NCBI GenBank assembly: GCA_964556755.1
Contig: CAZKXI010000002.1
Location: 88,263-152,262, forward strand
Direction of reading: 5' to 3'
From: an uncultured Eubacteriales bacterium
GTDB lineage: Bacteria; Acidobacteriota; Aminicenantia; Aminicenantales; UBA4085
DNA length: 64,000 nt
Positions 1 through 8,431 of this stretch are shown piece after piece (the first letter of the stretch is position 1; each line of letters begins with the position of its first letter). Made by a program: the position numbers and the translations under genes. The notes under the pieces are model-generated. The model worked only from the letters and a program-made list of their open reading frames with translations, ran no database searches and had not been told where the DNA came from.

Positions 1-425
1 TCATCTTCTACCACAGCTTCGGCCAGACGATCCTCTACCCCTGGGCCTGGACGATCGAGCCGCCTCCCGACCGCGATCTCCTGCGGACCCTGAGCCTCGA
101 TCTGTCCGCCCTCATGGCCCCGGTCGAGGGGCGGACCTATGCGGTCGGCCAATCGGGTCCGGATCTCTACGTCTCCAACGGCGACGCCGCCGACTGGACC
201 TACGGCGGCCTCGGCTCGACGTCCCTGACCATCGAGCTCCCCCCGCTGGATCTGCTCAACGGCGGCTTCTTCAACGCCGAGGCCGACATCGCCTCGGTCT
301 CGGCCGAGAGCTGGCCGGCGGCCCTGGAGATCCTCCGCAGGGCCCTCCAGGACTTCGCCCCGGGCGGGCGGGAGGACGCCAGCCGGATCCGGCGCCCGCC
401 CCCGGAGGGGCTGCAAATCCGCTGA
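1..425 (+). CDS. M14 zinc carboxypeptidase family protein, C-terminal fragment (gene starts upstream of window)
   Basis: Frame 3 is open from the window edge (..HSFGQTILYPWAW..) into the listed ORF (DWTYGGLGSTSLTIEL); these motifs are typical of M14 carboxypeptidases; TGA at 423-425. Confidence 0.55.
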   Translation, partial: IFYHSFGQTILYPWAWTIEPPPDRDLLRTLSLDLSALMAPVEGRTYAVGQSGPDLYVSNGDAADWTYGGLGSTSLTIELPPLDLLNGGFFNAEADIASVSAESWPAALEILRRALQDFAPGGREDASRIRRPPPEGLQIR

Positions 426-474
426 CGCGGTTTGACAAAGTCGCCGAAGTGTATTAAGGACTGTCTGAGGGCCA

Positions 475-1196
475 TGACACCGAGCCTTGCCGCCGCGCTG
501 CAGCCGATCGTGGAGGATCTCCCGTCGCAGGGCCTCCCCTATTGGATCCTCTGGCTCCTGCTCTGCGTCATCCTCATGCTCCTGGCCTTTATCTTCCTGC
601 GGGACAAGGACCTCCGCCAGCGGCTGGATTTCTTTCTCTCCGGAGCCAAGCGGAGGATGAAGCGGACCCGGCTGCGCCTGCGGCTGAAGAAAGCCAAGGG
701 CAGGCGCTCGGACCTCCTCCGCCAGCTGGGCGAAGCCTGTTGGGGCATGCGGCTGCCTATCCCCCGGACGGCAGCCCTTCTGCTGGAGATCGACGGCTGG
801 GAGGCCAAGCGCCTCGCCCGCCAGAGCGGCCTGAAGGACGCCATGACCAGGATCCTGGAGCTGCAGCGTCACCTCGAGGAGACCCGAGTCCGCGTCCGCG
901 GCCTGCTCAAGCTCAAGGAGACGGACCACCCGGCCGAGCCCCGCGAGATCCACCGCTGCAAGGACGAGGAGAGGCGGATCCGCAAGGAGATGCGTGTCCA
1001 GGAGCGCAGGATCCGGACGGACCAAGCGGCCGTCAAGCATCTCGACTTCGAGAAGGGCGTCCGTCTGGAGGCCCTGGGCGACTTGGCCGACGAAGCCCGC
1101 CCGGACCAGCCCGAGCTGCGGGACCTGTTCGCCCAGATCGACGGCGTCAACCGCTCCATCCTCCACTACCTCGACGAGATCGAGAAGCTCTTCTGA
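475..1196 (+). CDS. hypothetical membrane-anchored coiled-coil protein
   Basis: ORF 432(TTG)..1196; first ATG at 475 (MTPSLAA..) preceded by GAGGG; one hydrophobic helix (YWILWLLLCVILMLLAFIFL) then Arg/Glu-rich coiled-coil-like region; no recognisable family. Confidence 0.4.
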
Positions 1197-1198
1197 AC

Positions 1199-1747
1199 GT
1201 GGCCAAGCCCCCGCTGCTCGTTCATATCTGCTGCGCTCCCGACGCGGCCTACGGCGTGGAGGTCTTCCAGCGCGACCATGCCGTGACCGGCTTCTTCCAT
1301 AATCCCAACATCTGGCCGGCCGACGAGTACAGCCTTCGCCTGGCGGAGACCCGGAAAGTCGAAGCCCACCTCGGCTTCCTCCTGCTTGAGGGCCTCTACG
1401 ACCCCGGCGACTGGGAGCGGCGGGTGGCGCCCTGGGCCGCCGAGCCCGAGAAAGGCCGGCGCTGCGACGTCTGCTACGCCCTGCGCCTGGACGCCGCGGC
1501 CCGGAAGGCCCGCGAGCTGGGCTTGCCGGCCTTCGCCACCGTCCTGACCGTCAGCCCCTGGAAGAAGTCCGACGTCATCAACCGCATCGGGAGCCGGCTG
1601 GGGCGCCGCTACGGGCTGAGCTTCCTTCCCGCCGACCTCAAGAAGGGCGACGGCTTCGCCCGCAGCGTCGAGATCAGCCGCCGCCTCGGCCTCTACCGAC
1701 AGAATTATTGCGGCTGCCGCTACAGCCGGCGGTCGCCGCGGCCATGA
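1199..1747 (+). CDS. queH: epoxyqueuosine reductase QueH (DUF208)
   Basis: Only the C-terminal ~183 aa of ORF 542..1747 look real: LLVHICCAPD ... YRQNYCGCRYS, the conserved Cys motifs of the QueH/DUF208 family; GTG start at 1199 inferred, so the start is uncertain; the upstream part of the ORF is an alternate-frame artefact over the 475-1196 gene. Confidence 0.7.
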   Translation: MAKPPLLVHICCAPDAAYGVEVFQRDHAVTGFFHNPNIWPADEYSLRLAETRKVEAHLGFLLLEGLYDPGDWERRVAPWAAEPEKGRRCDVCYALRLDAAARKARELGLPAFATVLTVSPWKKSDVINRIGSRLGRRYGLSFLPADLKKGDGFARSVEISRRLGLYRQNYCGCRYSRRSPRP

Positions 1748-4038
1748 ATGCCCCGGCCCGCCGCATCCTGGTCTCCGGTGTGGTCCAGGGCGTCGGCTTC
1801 CGGCCCTTCATCCATCGCCTGGCCGGGCGGCTCGGCCTGGCCGGCTGGGTCCAGAACACGGCCGCCGGCGTCGAGATCCATATCGAGGGGCCTTCGGCCG
1901 CGGCGCTGGACGGCTTTCTCCGGGCTCTCCGGACCGAGGCCCCGCCGCTGGCCGTCATCGAGGAGGCCGCGGTCCGCCCGGTCCGCGGCGAAGGCCTGAC
2001 CGGATTCGAGGTCCGGGCGTCCCGCGGCGGCGAGGCTTTCGTCTTCATCTCGCCCGACATCTCGGTCTGCGACGCCTGCCGGCGCGACATGGCGGATCCC
2101 CGCGACCGCCGCTACCGCTACCCCTTCACCAACTGCACGGACTGCGGCCCCCGCTACACCATCGTCCGCTCCCTGCCCTATGACCGTCCGGCCACGACCA
2201 TGGCCGCATTTCCCATGTGCCCCGACTGCGCCAGGGAGTACGCCGATCCCGGCGACCGCCGCCACCATGCCCAGCCGACCGCCTGCCCGGTCTGCGGGCC
2301 TTCGATCCGGCTGCGCCGATCGGGCTCGGCCCGGGCCCTCCCCGGCGGCGTCGAAGCGGCGGCCCGGCTGATCCGAAGCGGGCGCATCGTGGCGGTCAAG
2401 GGACTGGGCGGCTTCCACCTGGTCTGCGATCCGCGCAATCCCCGGGCGATCTCCCGCCTGCGCACAATCAAGCAGCGCTCGCGCAAGCCCTTGGCCCTGA
2501 TGGCCCGCGACATGGCCGCCGTGCGGAGGATCGCCCGTGTCTCCCCCCTCGAAGCGGCGCTTCTCCAATCGCCCCGCCGGCCCATCGTCCTGCTGCGCAA
2601 GAGGGTGGATCTGCCGGGCATCGCCCCCGGCTTGGGGGAAGTCGGGATCATGCTGCCCTACACGCCGCTTCACGTCCTGCTGCTCGAGAGCCTCGACCTG
2701 GTGGCGGCCACGAGCTCCAACCCCAAGGACGCCCCGATCATGAAGGACGAGACGGAGGGCATCGACGCCCTCTGCGACTATGTCCTCGGGCACGACCGCC
2801 CGATCCACATGCGAGCGGACGACTCGGTCCTCAAGGTCGTCCTGGGGGCGCCGCTCTTCATCCGCCGGGCCCGCGGCTATGTCCCGGAGCCCCTGCGTCT
2901 CCCGCCCGGCCTCGACCGCGGCCGTCAGGTCCTGGCCGTGGGAGCCGAGCTCAAGGACACCATCTCGGTGGTCAAGAACGGCCGCCTGGTCACCAGTCCA
3001 TTCCTGGGCGACTTGGACGAGTACCGCAATAGGCGCTACTTCGAGGAGACGGTCGCTCACCTTCTCGGGCTCTTCTCCGTTCGGCCGGAGGCGGTCGCTT
3101 CCGATCTGCATCCCGACTTTCACGCCGTCCGCTGGGCCGAGCGCTTCGCCCGGCGCGCGGGCATCCCCCACTTCCGCGTCCAACACCATCACGCCCATGT
3201 CCTGGCCGCCCTTCTTGAGAACGGCGTCCCGGCCGGGACGAGGGTTCTTGGAGCCGCCTTCGACGGCTACGGCTACGGGGCGGATGGATCGGCCTGGGGA
3301 GCGGAGCTTCTGGCCGCCGACTATGGGAGCTTCCGGCGCCTGGCCCATTTCGAGCCCGTGCCCCTTCCCGGCGGCGACCTGGCGGCCAAGCAGCCCTGGC
3401 GGATGGCCCTGGCCTACCTGATGCAAGCGGGATTCTCCGAGGCGGCCGCCGCGGAGGTCCTGAAAGAGGCGCCGGCCGCGGAGCGCAAGGCCGTGGCCGC
3501 CTTGATCGCGCGAGGCGGCTCGCCCCTGTCGTCGAGCTGCGGCCGGCTCTTCGACGCCGTCTCGGCCATCCTCGGCCTGGCTCCCGATCGCAACGACTTC
3601 GAGGCCGAAGCGGCCATGCGCTTGGAAGCCGCGGCGGCCGCGGGACGGGCCGTCCGGCGTTACCCCTACATCGTCTCCTCCGCCGGGCGGGACGGCCGGG
3701 AACCGCGCCGCATCGGCTTCGCGCCGCTCATCCGGGCCGTTGCCGCCGACAAAGCCGCCGGCCTGCCGCCGGCCGATATCGCCGCCTCCTTCCACGCCGC
3801 GCTGGCCCGGATGATCGTCGATATGGCCGAGATGGCCCGGGGCGATCAGGGCCTCGAAACCGTGGCTCTGGTCGGCGGAGTCTTCCTCAACAGAGTCCTC
3901 CTCGAGCGGTCGACGAGAAGGCTCGAAAAGGCCGGCTTCCGCGTCCTTCGCCCGGTCCGGCTCTCGCCCAACGACGAGTCGATCTCCGCCGGCCAGGCCG
4001 CTTACGCCCTGGCCGCGCTCAATCGCCGAGCAGGTTGA
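1744..4038 (+). CDS. hypF: [NiFe]-hydrogenase maturation carbamoyltransferase HypF
   Basis: Acylphosphatase-like N-terminus (VSGVVQGVGFRPF), two CxxC...CxxC zinc-finger pairs (FTNCTDCGPRYT, CPDCAREY..CPVCGP), YrdC-like and Kae1-like C-terminal domains; ATG 1744 overlaps the queH stop (ATGA). Confidence 0.9.
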   Translation: MNAPARRILVSGVVQGVGFRPFIHRLAGRLGLAGWVQNTAAGVEIHIEGPSAAALDGFLRALRTEAPPLAVIEEAAVRPVRGEGLTGFEVRASRGGEAFVFISPDISVCDACRRDMADPRDRRYRYPFTNCTDCGPRYTIVRSLPYDRPATTMAAFPMCPDCAREYADPGDRRHHAQPTACPVCGPSIRLRRSGSARALPGGVEAAARLIRSGRIVAVKGLGGFHLVCDPRNPRAISRLRTIKQRSRKPLALMARDMAAVRRIARVSPLEAALLQSPRRPIVLLRKRVDLPGIAPGLGEVGIMLPYTPLHVLLLESLDLVAATSSNPKDAPIMKDETEGIDALCDYVLGHDRPIHMRADDSVLKVVLGAPLFIRRARGYVPEPLRLPPGLDRGRQVLAVGAELKDTISVVKNGRLVTSPFLGDLDEYRNRRYFEETVAHLLGLFSVRPEAVASDLHPDFHAVRWAERFARRAGIPHFRVQHHHAHVLAALLENGVPAGTRVLGAAFDGYGYGADGSAWGAELLAADYGSFRRLAHFEPVPLPGGDLAAKQPWRMALAYLMQAGFSEAAAAEVLKEAPAAERKAVAALIARGGSPLSSSCGRLFDAVSAILGLAPDRNDFEAEAAMRLEAAAAAGRAVRRYPYIVSSAGRDGREPRRIGFAPLIRAVAADKAAGLPPADIAASFHAALARMIVDMAEMARGDQGLETVALVGGVFLNRVLLERSTRRLEKAGFRVLRPVRLSPNDESISAGQAAYALAALNRRAG

Positions 4039-4873
4039 ATCCCAGGCCGTCCCGATCGGGCGCCGGGCCGCCCTTCCCCTCCCCCGTCGACGTTGCCTTG
4101 GGAGAGGCCGCGCCCGGAGCGGAGAGCTTGAGCTTGATCCCCCCGCTGGCGGCCAAGAGGAGATTGACCAGGCAGGCCAGAACGATCCCGGCCAGGCCGA
4201 GGCCCAGGATGCCCGTCGCGGCCCCGGCCAGGCCGTCGATGAGCGCGCCCAGGAGCTTGCCCTGCTGGCCGGCTATCGCTTCCGGAAGACGGGACGCCGC
4301 GGCCGCCGGCAGGGAGCCCGTCGCTCCGGCGAAGACACCATAGGCGGCGCCCGCGAGGCCGCCCAGCGCGCCCATGAACCGGAAGAGAGAGGCGGGATTC
4401 AAAGAGCGCATGATATAGACGCCGTCGCGGACGGGGAGCGATTCGTCCAGAGGGATGATCTCCACGGTCTTGGCCTCCGATCCCCTGGGCTCGCAGCGGG
4501 GGCAGATCAGGAGGGGCTTCTCCAGGGGACCGCCGCAGTCGGGGCAGCGGTCCGGCGCGCCTTCCGCGGGACCCTCCAGGCTTCCGCCGCAGCGGCCGCA
4601 AGTCCCGGCTCCCTCCTTGTTCTCATGGCCGCAGAAGAGGCAGACCGGACCCTTGTCCTTCGAGATCGGGGGATCGGAGATGACCCAGTCCCGGCCGTCG
4701 AAGAAGTACCACTTGCCCGTCTGGGCGCCGATCATCCAGTACCGCCCCTGGGCGTCCTTCAGGCGAAGCTTCTTCATCTCGTCGATGAACTGCTGGCGCG
4801 ACAGATCGCCGGCCTGGAACCTCTTCTTCAGCTCATCGAACGTCTCAGCCGCGCTCTTGAACGGATCCCGCAT
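4019..4873 (-). CDS. hypothetical protein: SHOCT-like N-terminus, Cys-rich zinc-ribbon region, Gly-zipper membrane C-terminus
   Basis: ORF 284 aa; N-terminal LKKRFQAGDLSRQQFIDEMKKL resembles SHOCT; CxxC pairs (CLFCGHEN..CGRCGG, CPDCGG..CPRC); GxxxG-rich hydrophobic tail; 3' end overlaps hypF end by 20 nt (convergent). Confidence 0.5.
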   Translation of the reverse strand: MRDPFKSAAETFDELKKRFQAGDLSRQQFIDEMKKLRLKDAQGRYWMIGAQTGKWYFFDGRDWVISDPPISKDKGPVCLFCGHENKEGAGTCGRCGGSLEGPAEGAPDRCPDCGGPLEKPLLICPRCEPRGSEAKTVEIIPLDESLPVRDGVYIMRSLNPASLFRFMGALGGLAGAAYGVFAGATGSLPAAAASRLPEAIAGQQGKLLGALIDGLAGAATGILGLGLAGIVLACLVNLLLAASGGIKLKLSAPGAASPKATSTGEGKGGPAPDRDGLGFNLLGD

Positions 4874-5073
4874 GGCCTTCTCTCCCCGAGCCGGCTTCCC
4901 GGCGCAAACCGTGGATTTTCAGACAGTTCATATCTCGCTGATAATAGTGATTTTAAGGTGGCGCCGAAAACCTGTGCAAACCGTCGTAAGTTGAGCAATT
5001 CGGCCTGAATCGGTCTTCCCGCGGCTGGACATATCCACAATTTTTCCACACTTTCTGTGCAAAAGTCCAGCCG

Positions 5074-6054
5074 TCACCGCAGCCCCAGCTCGCCGAGCAA
5101 ATCCATCAGATCGAGGCCCTCGACCGGAGCCGGGATGAAGCAGAGGACGAAGATCGCGACCAAGGCCGCGGCCACGATCGTCCGGCCCCGCCCCAGAGGG
5201 GAGGGCTCGTCCCAGACGCGCGGGTGCTTGAGTCCCAAGACCAGAATGAGGAGTCCCCAGACCCACCAGCCCAGCCAGAACAGCGCCCCCATGACCAGGA
5301 AGAAGACAAGGAAGATTTTCGCCACGTAGCGCGCCCGCGGGCCCAAGACGGCGTAGGCGACATGGCCGCCGTCCAGCTGTCCCAAGGGAAGGAGATTCAA
5401 AGCCGTCACCAGCATGCCCACCCAACCGGCGAAGGCGACCGGATGGAGGATGACATCGAATCCCGGGCCCGTCCCGCGCAGCGTCAGGGCGGTGAGGATG
5501 CGGACGATGAGCGGCTCGCCGAAGACGATGGCCTCGCTGCGCGGCAGGGCCGGGACGACCTTGGACCAAGCCAAGCCGATGGCCAAGGCCGCCAGGGCGG
5601 GCAGGAACCCGGCCAGCGGCCCGGCGGCCCCGATATCGAACAGCTGCCGCTTGCGGGTGATGGGATCGCGGATCTTGATGAAGGCGCCCATGGTCCCGAT
5701 CAGGGTCGGGGCCGGGACGAAGAAGGGCAGCGTGGCGCTGATCCCGTAGCGTCGGCAGGCCCCATAGTGGCCCATCTCGTGGGCCGTCAGGATGAGCATC
5801 AGCACGGCCGCATAGAGGAGGGCCAGGCCGATCGCCCGCGGGTCCCGAAGGGCGGCCCGCAGGCCGCCTTCGAGGAGAGCCGGGCTGGGGCGCCCGGCCG
5901 CCAGATAGCCGACGCCCCAGTCCAGTCCGACCAGGAAAGCCGTTCCGGCCGTCAGGAGGAAGAGCAGGGCGTTGAGCCAGGGACGATCCTTGGCGAAGAG
6001 GCTCCACCTCCGGCGGATCCGGACGGGAGCGGCGACCGGCGGTTGGGGATCCAT
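5074..6054 (-). CDS. site-2 protease family (M50) membrane metalloprotease
   Basis: HEMGH zinc motif in a TM helix, multiple TM segments, LNLLPLGQLDGGH motif typical of M50. Confidence 0.75.
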   Translation of the reverse strand: MDPQPPVAAPVRIRRRWSLFAKDRPWLNALLFLLTAGTAFLVGLDWGVGYLAAGRPSPALLEGGLRAALRDPRAIGLALLYAAVLMLILTAHEMGHYGACRRYGISATLPFFVPAPTLIGTMGAFIKIRDPITRKRQLFDIGAAGPLAGFLPALAALAIGLAWSKVVPALPRSEAIVFGEPLIVRILTALTLRGTGPGFDVILHPVAFAGWVGMLVTALNLLPLGQLDGGHVAYAVLGPRARYVAKIFLVFFLVMGALFWLGWWVWGLLILVLGLKHPRVWDEPSPLGRGRTIVAAALVAIFVLCFIPAPVEGLDLMDLLGELGLR

Positions 6055-6117
6055 GGGCGCAAAAAAGCCCAGGAGGAAGCGGACTTCCTCCTGGGCCTTG
6101 GGGAGGGCGGGTGCGGA

Positions 6118-6369
6118 TCAGCCCTTCAGCTTCTTGTGCTTGGCTTCCAGGGCCTCGCGGGTCTCGACGTGATCGGGGTCGGGAACGCAGGAGTCGACCG
6201 GGCAGACGGCCGCGCACTGGGACGAGTCGTGGCTGCCCACGCACTCCGTGCACTTCTCGGGATCGATGACGTAGCGCTCGTCGCCGGCCGTGATGGCCTG
6301 GTTCGGGCACTCGGGCTCGCAGGCGCCGCAGTTGATGCATTCCTCGGTGATCTTGTAAGCCATGTTCAT
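6118..6369 (-). CDS. fdx: 2x[4Fe-4S] ferredoxin
   Basis: [20 protein letters not shown] ... [18 protein letters not shown]: two CxxCxxCxxxCP clusters. Confidence 0.8.
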   Translation of the reverse strand: MNMAYKITEECINCGACEPECPNQAITAGDERYVIDPEKCTECVGSHDSSQCAAVCPVDSCVPDPDHVETREALEAKHKKLKG

Positions 6370-6432
6370 TCCTCCACGGGAGATTGAAGCCCCATTATAG
6401 CCGAAATCGGACGGGCCGCAAGCGGCCGCGGC

Positions 6433-7089
6433 TCACTGGGAGGCGTCCAGCTTGCTCGCCCTTAGGCCGGCATCGTAGCCGAAGTAGGACTGCGCGTATT
6501 CGGTCTGGACGCGCCGGAAGAGGGCCAAGGCGCCGGCCTTGTCTCCCTTCTTCTCCAAGGCCTCGGCCTTATGGAAAAGGACCGCATCCAGGACGTAGTC
6601 CTTGGGCTTGGCGTCCTCGATGGCTTGCAGGATCTTCAGACCCCCGTCGATGTCGCCTTTGAGGACGGCCACTTGGGCGGCCAGCTCCTTGGCCTGATAG
6701 TAGAAGAAATCCTTGGGCGCGTCCTTCAGCCCGGCTAAGACCGCGGCAGCTTTATCCAGATCGCCGCTCTCGACCCAGTGCGAGGCCAGCTGGGTGGCGG
6801 CCACGCGGGCGTATTTGCCCTTCTTGGCCAGGGCCTCCAGCGCGGCCGCGTTGCCGGGCGTCTTATCCAGCCCGTTGCGCAGCTCCAGGATCCGGCCCAG
6901 CTCGGCGCTGGACGATCGCGTCTGGGCTCCGCGAAGGAAGAACAGCCCGCCGAGAAGGACGGCCAGGCCGGCCAGGACGGCCAGGCCGATCAGGGCCTCC
7001 TGGCGCCAGGACTCGAAGGAGGCCATGATCCGGCCGAATATCGATACGAACTCGTCTTCTTTGAGCTTCTTCTTGATCTCGCGTTTCAT
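6433..7089 (-). CDS. TPR-repeat membrane-anchored protein (YfgM/UPF0070-like)
   Basis: Lys-rich N-terminus, single TM (IGLAVLAGLAVLLGGLFFL), Ala/Leu/Lys-rich TPR-like repeats. Confidence 0.5.
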   Translation of the reverse strand: MKREIKKKLKEDEFVSIFGRIMASFESWRQEALIGLAVLAGLAVLLGGLFFLRGAQTRSSSAELGRILELRNGLDKTPGNAAALEALAKKGKYARVAATQLASHWVESGDLDKAAAVLAGLKDAPKDFFYYQAKELAAQVAVLKGDIDGGLKILQAIEDAKPKDYVLDAVLFHKAEALEKKGDKAGALALFRRVQTEYAQSYFGYDAGLRASKLDASQ

Positions 7090-7165
7090 GGAATGCTTCC
7101 TCTCGGCCGCTTCGGACCAGCGCCCTTTTTACCATAACCGGCCCGGAAAGGGAAGCCGGCCCGCC

Positions 7166-7193
7166 TTGACATCACGGCCCGATTCCCTAAGAT
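7166..7193 (+). promoter_or_regulatory. sigma70-like promoter candidate (TTGACA-N16-TAAGAT) upstream of the HprK-like kinase
   Basis: TTGACA 7166-7171, TAAGAT 7188-7193, in the divergent intergenic region 7090-7210; the predicted TSS would fall at or after the GGAGG RBS (7194-7198), so either a leaderless-like transcript or a coincidental match. Confidence 0.25.
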
Positions 7194-7210
7194 GGAGGCG
7201 GATCCGCGCC

Positions 7211-8134
7211 ATGTCCGCTCCCTCCGCCGTCCGCTTCTTCCGCGTCGCGGGCATCACCCTGCAAGTGGCTTGCCAGGGGCCCGGACCGGCCCTGCCCTGG
7301 CATCCCAAGCTGGCCGCGTTCGAGGTCGACGGCCCCGGCCCGGACACGGTCGTCATCCGGCACCATCGATCGGCCTTTCCCGGGTCCCCGGACGGGCCGG
7401 GTCCGGCGGTCTACGACAGCCCTCCCTACCGGGTCCATGCCGCGGGCGACGGCTGGATCTACCGCATCGGCGGCGGGGGGGATGGGCGCGTCCAGACCGC
7501 CCTCTTCGCCGGAGACTACAGCCGGGCCGATATCTATACGCCGGAGCCCCTGGCGGTCCCCGAGCAGGGCTTCGAAGCCCTGACCCTGCTGCCGACGGAC
7601 CAGGTCCTCCTGGCTCCCCTGCTGGCCCTTCGGGGCGGCTGCCTCCTGCACGCCGCGGGTGTGGTCCGGGCCGGGGCCGGATGGCTCTTCGCCGGCCATT
7701 CGACGGCCGGAAAGTCCACGATCACGCGGATGATGAAGGGAAGGGCCGAGATCCTCTGCGACGACCGCATCGCCCTGCGCCCCGACGGGAGCGGGGGCTT
7801 CCGCATCCACGGGACGTGGAGCCACGGCGACGTGCCCGACATCTCGCCCTCCTCGGCCCCGTTGACGGAGCTGTTCCTGCTGCGCCAATCCGAAGGGGAT
7901 TCGGCGGCGCCCCTGCCCGACCGCCGGGACGTGGCCCGCAGCCTTCTCGATCTGGTCATCAAGCCGTTGGCCACGACCGCTTGGTGGAGCCTGACCCTGG
8001 AGGCGATCGACCGGATCTCCTCTTCGCTGCGGGCTTGGGATCTGAGCTTCAGCCTGAGCGGGGGAGTCCTTCAAGTCCTTGACCGGATCGAAGCCGGGGA
8101 GCGGGGATTTGACTTTTCCGGCCCGAGCCGCTAA
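7211..8134 (+). CDS. HPr kinase C-terminal domain-like P-loop serine kinase (HprK-related kinase)
   Basis: Walker A FAGHSTAGKST (nt ~7693-7722) followed by AEILCDDRIAL, matching the HprK GxSGxGKS...H-RLVADD arrangement; first ATG after the divergent TPR gene, GGAGG RBS at 7194-7198; TAA 8132-8134. Confidence 0.7.
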   Translation: MSAPSAVRFFRVAGITLQVACQGPGPALPWHPKLAAFEVDGPGPDTVVIRHHRSAFPGSPDGPGPAVYDSPPYRVHAAGDGWIYRIGGGGDGRVQTALFAGDYSRADIYTPEPLAVPEQGFEALTLLPTDQVLLAPLLALRGGCLLHAAGVVRAGAGWLFAGHSTAGKSTITRMMKGRAEILCDDRIALRPDGSGGFRIHGTWSHGDVPDISPSSAPLTELFLLRQSEGDSAAPLPDRRDVARSLLDLVIKPLATTAWWSLTLEAIDRISSSLRAWDLSFSLSGGVLQVLDRIEAGERGFDFSGPSR

Positions 8135-8163
8135 GTTAGGGTCAGATCGCCGAGGAGAAGCCT

Positions 8164-8334
8164 ATGAAGAAGCCGTGGACCACCCCCGAGCTTATCGTCC
8201 TGGTGCGCGTCCAGGCCAACGAGATGGTCCTCGGGACCTGCAAATCCCAGTTCGGCCTGGGGCCGGCCCGGACCAAGACCGGCTGCATGAACGTGACCGG
8301 CGACAGGGCCTGCCAGGGCCACGATAAGAGTTGA
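8164..8334 (+). CDS. 56-aa precursor-like peptide (MKKPWTTPELIVLVRVQANEMVLGTCKSQFGLGPARTKTGCMNVTGDRACQGHDKS); putative RiPP/lasso-like precursor with C-terminal Ser
   Basis: Not in ORF track (<60 aa). GAGGAG RBS 8152-8157, 6 nt before ATG 8164; starts 30 nt after the kinase stop; leader-like W-x-x-P-x-L motif, Thr at -2 before Cys41; putative core CMNVTGDRACQGHDKS has Cys1, Asp7 and a C-terminal Ser; followed by a GC hairpin 8357-8372. Confidence 0.55.
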   Translation: MKKPWTTPELIVLVRVQANEMVLGTCKSQFGLGPARTKTGCMNVTGDRACQGHDKS

Positions 8335-8431
8335 CCGGCCTCGCAGCCGCCTCTCTCCCGCCCCCGGGCGGGGAAATTGACTTCCCCATTTCCCTCCCCT
8401 AGAATAGGCCTATCTTTCGCTTCGGGAAACC

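Noticed and set aside
542-1747. 401-aa ORF on plus strand
   Set aside because: The N-terminal two thirds are a Pro/Arg/Gly-rich alternate frame overlapping the 475-1196 gene. Only the last ~183 aa (QueH motifs) were retained, with GTG start 1199.
1720-3795. 691-aa antisense ORF opposite hypF
   Set aside because: Low-complexity Gly/Arg/Asp-rich translation antisense to a confidently identified gene; typical high-GC open-frame artefact.
4928-6387. Several long overlapping ORFs (4928-6340 -, 5224-6387 +, 5106-5363 -)
   Set aside because: Alternate frames of the M50 protease and ferredoxin genes; Arg/Pro/Gly-rich, no motifs.
7166-7193. Near-consensus promoter TTGACA-N16-TAAGAT as a confident feature
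   Set aside because: Kept only as a low-confidence feature: the -10 abuts the RBS, so a TSS at +7 would exclude the RBS; it may be coincidental or drive a leaderless-type transcript.
7192-8082. 296-aa ORF starting at ATG 7192 overlapping the HprK-like gene in another frame
   Set aside because: The frame containing the P-loop (GHSTAGKST) and CDDR motif is the 7211 frame; the 7192 frame translates to Arg/Pro/Gly-rich sequence with no motifs.
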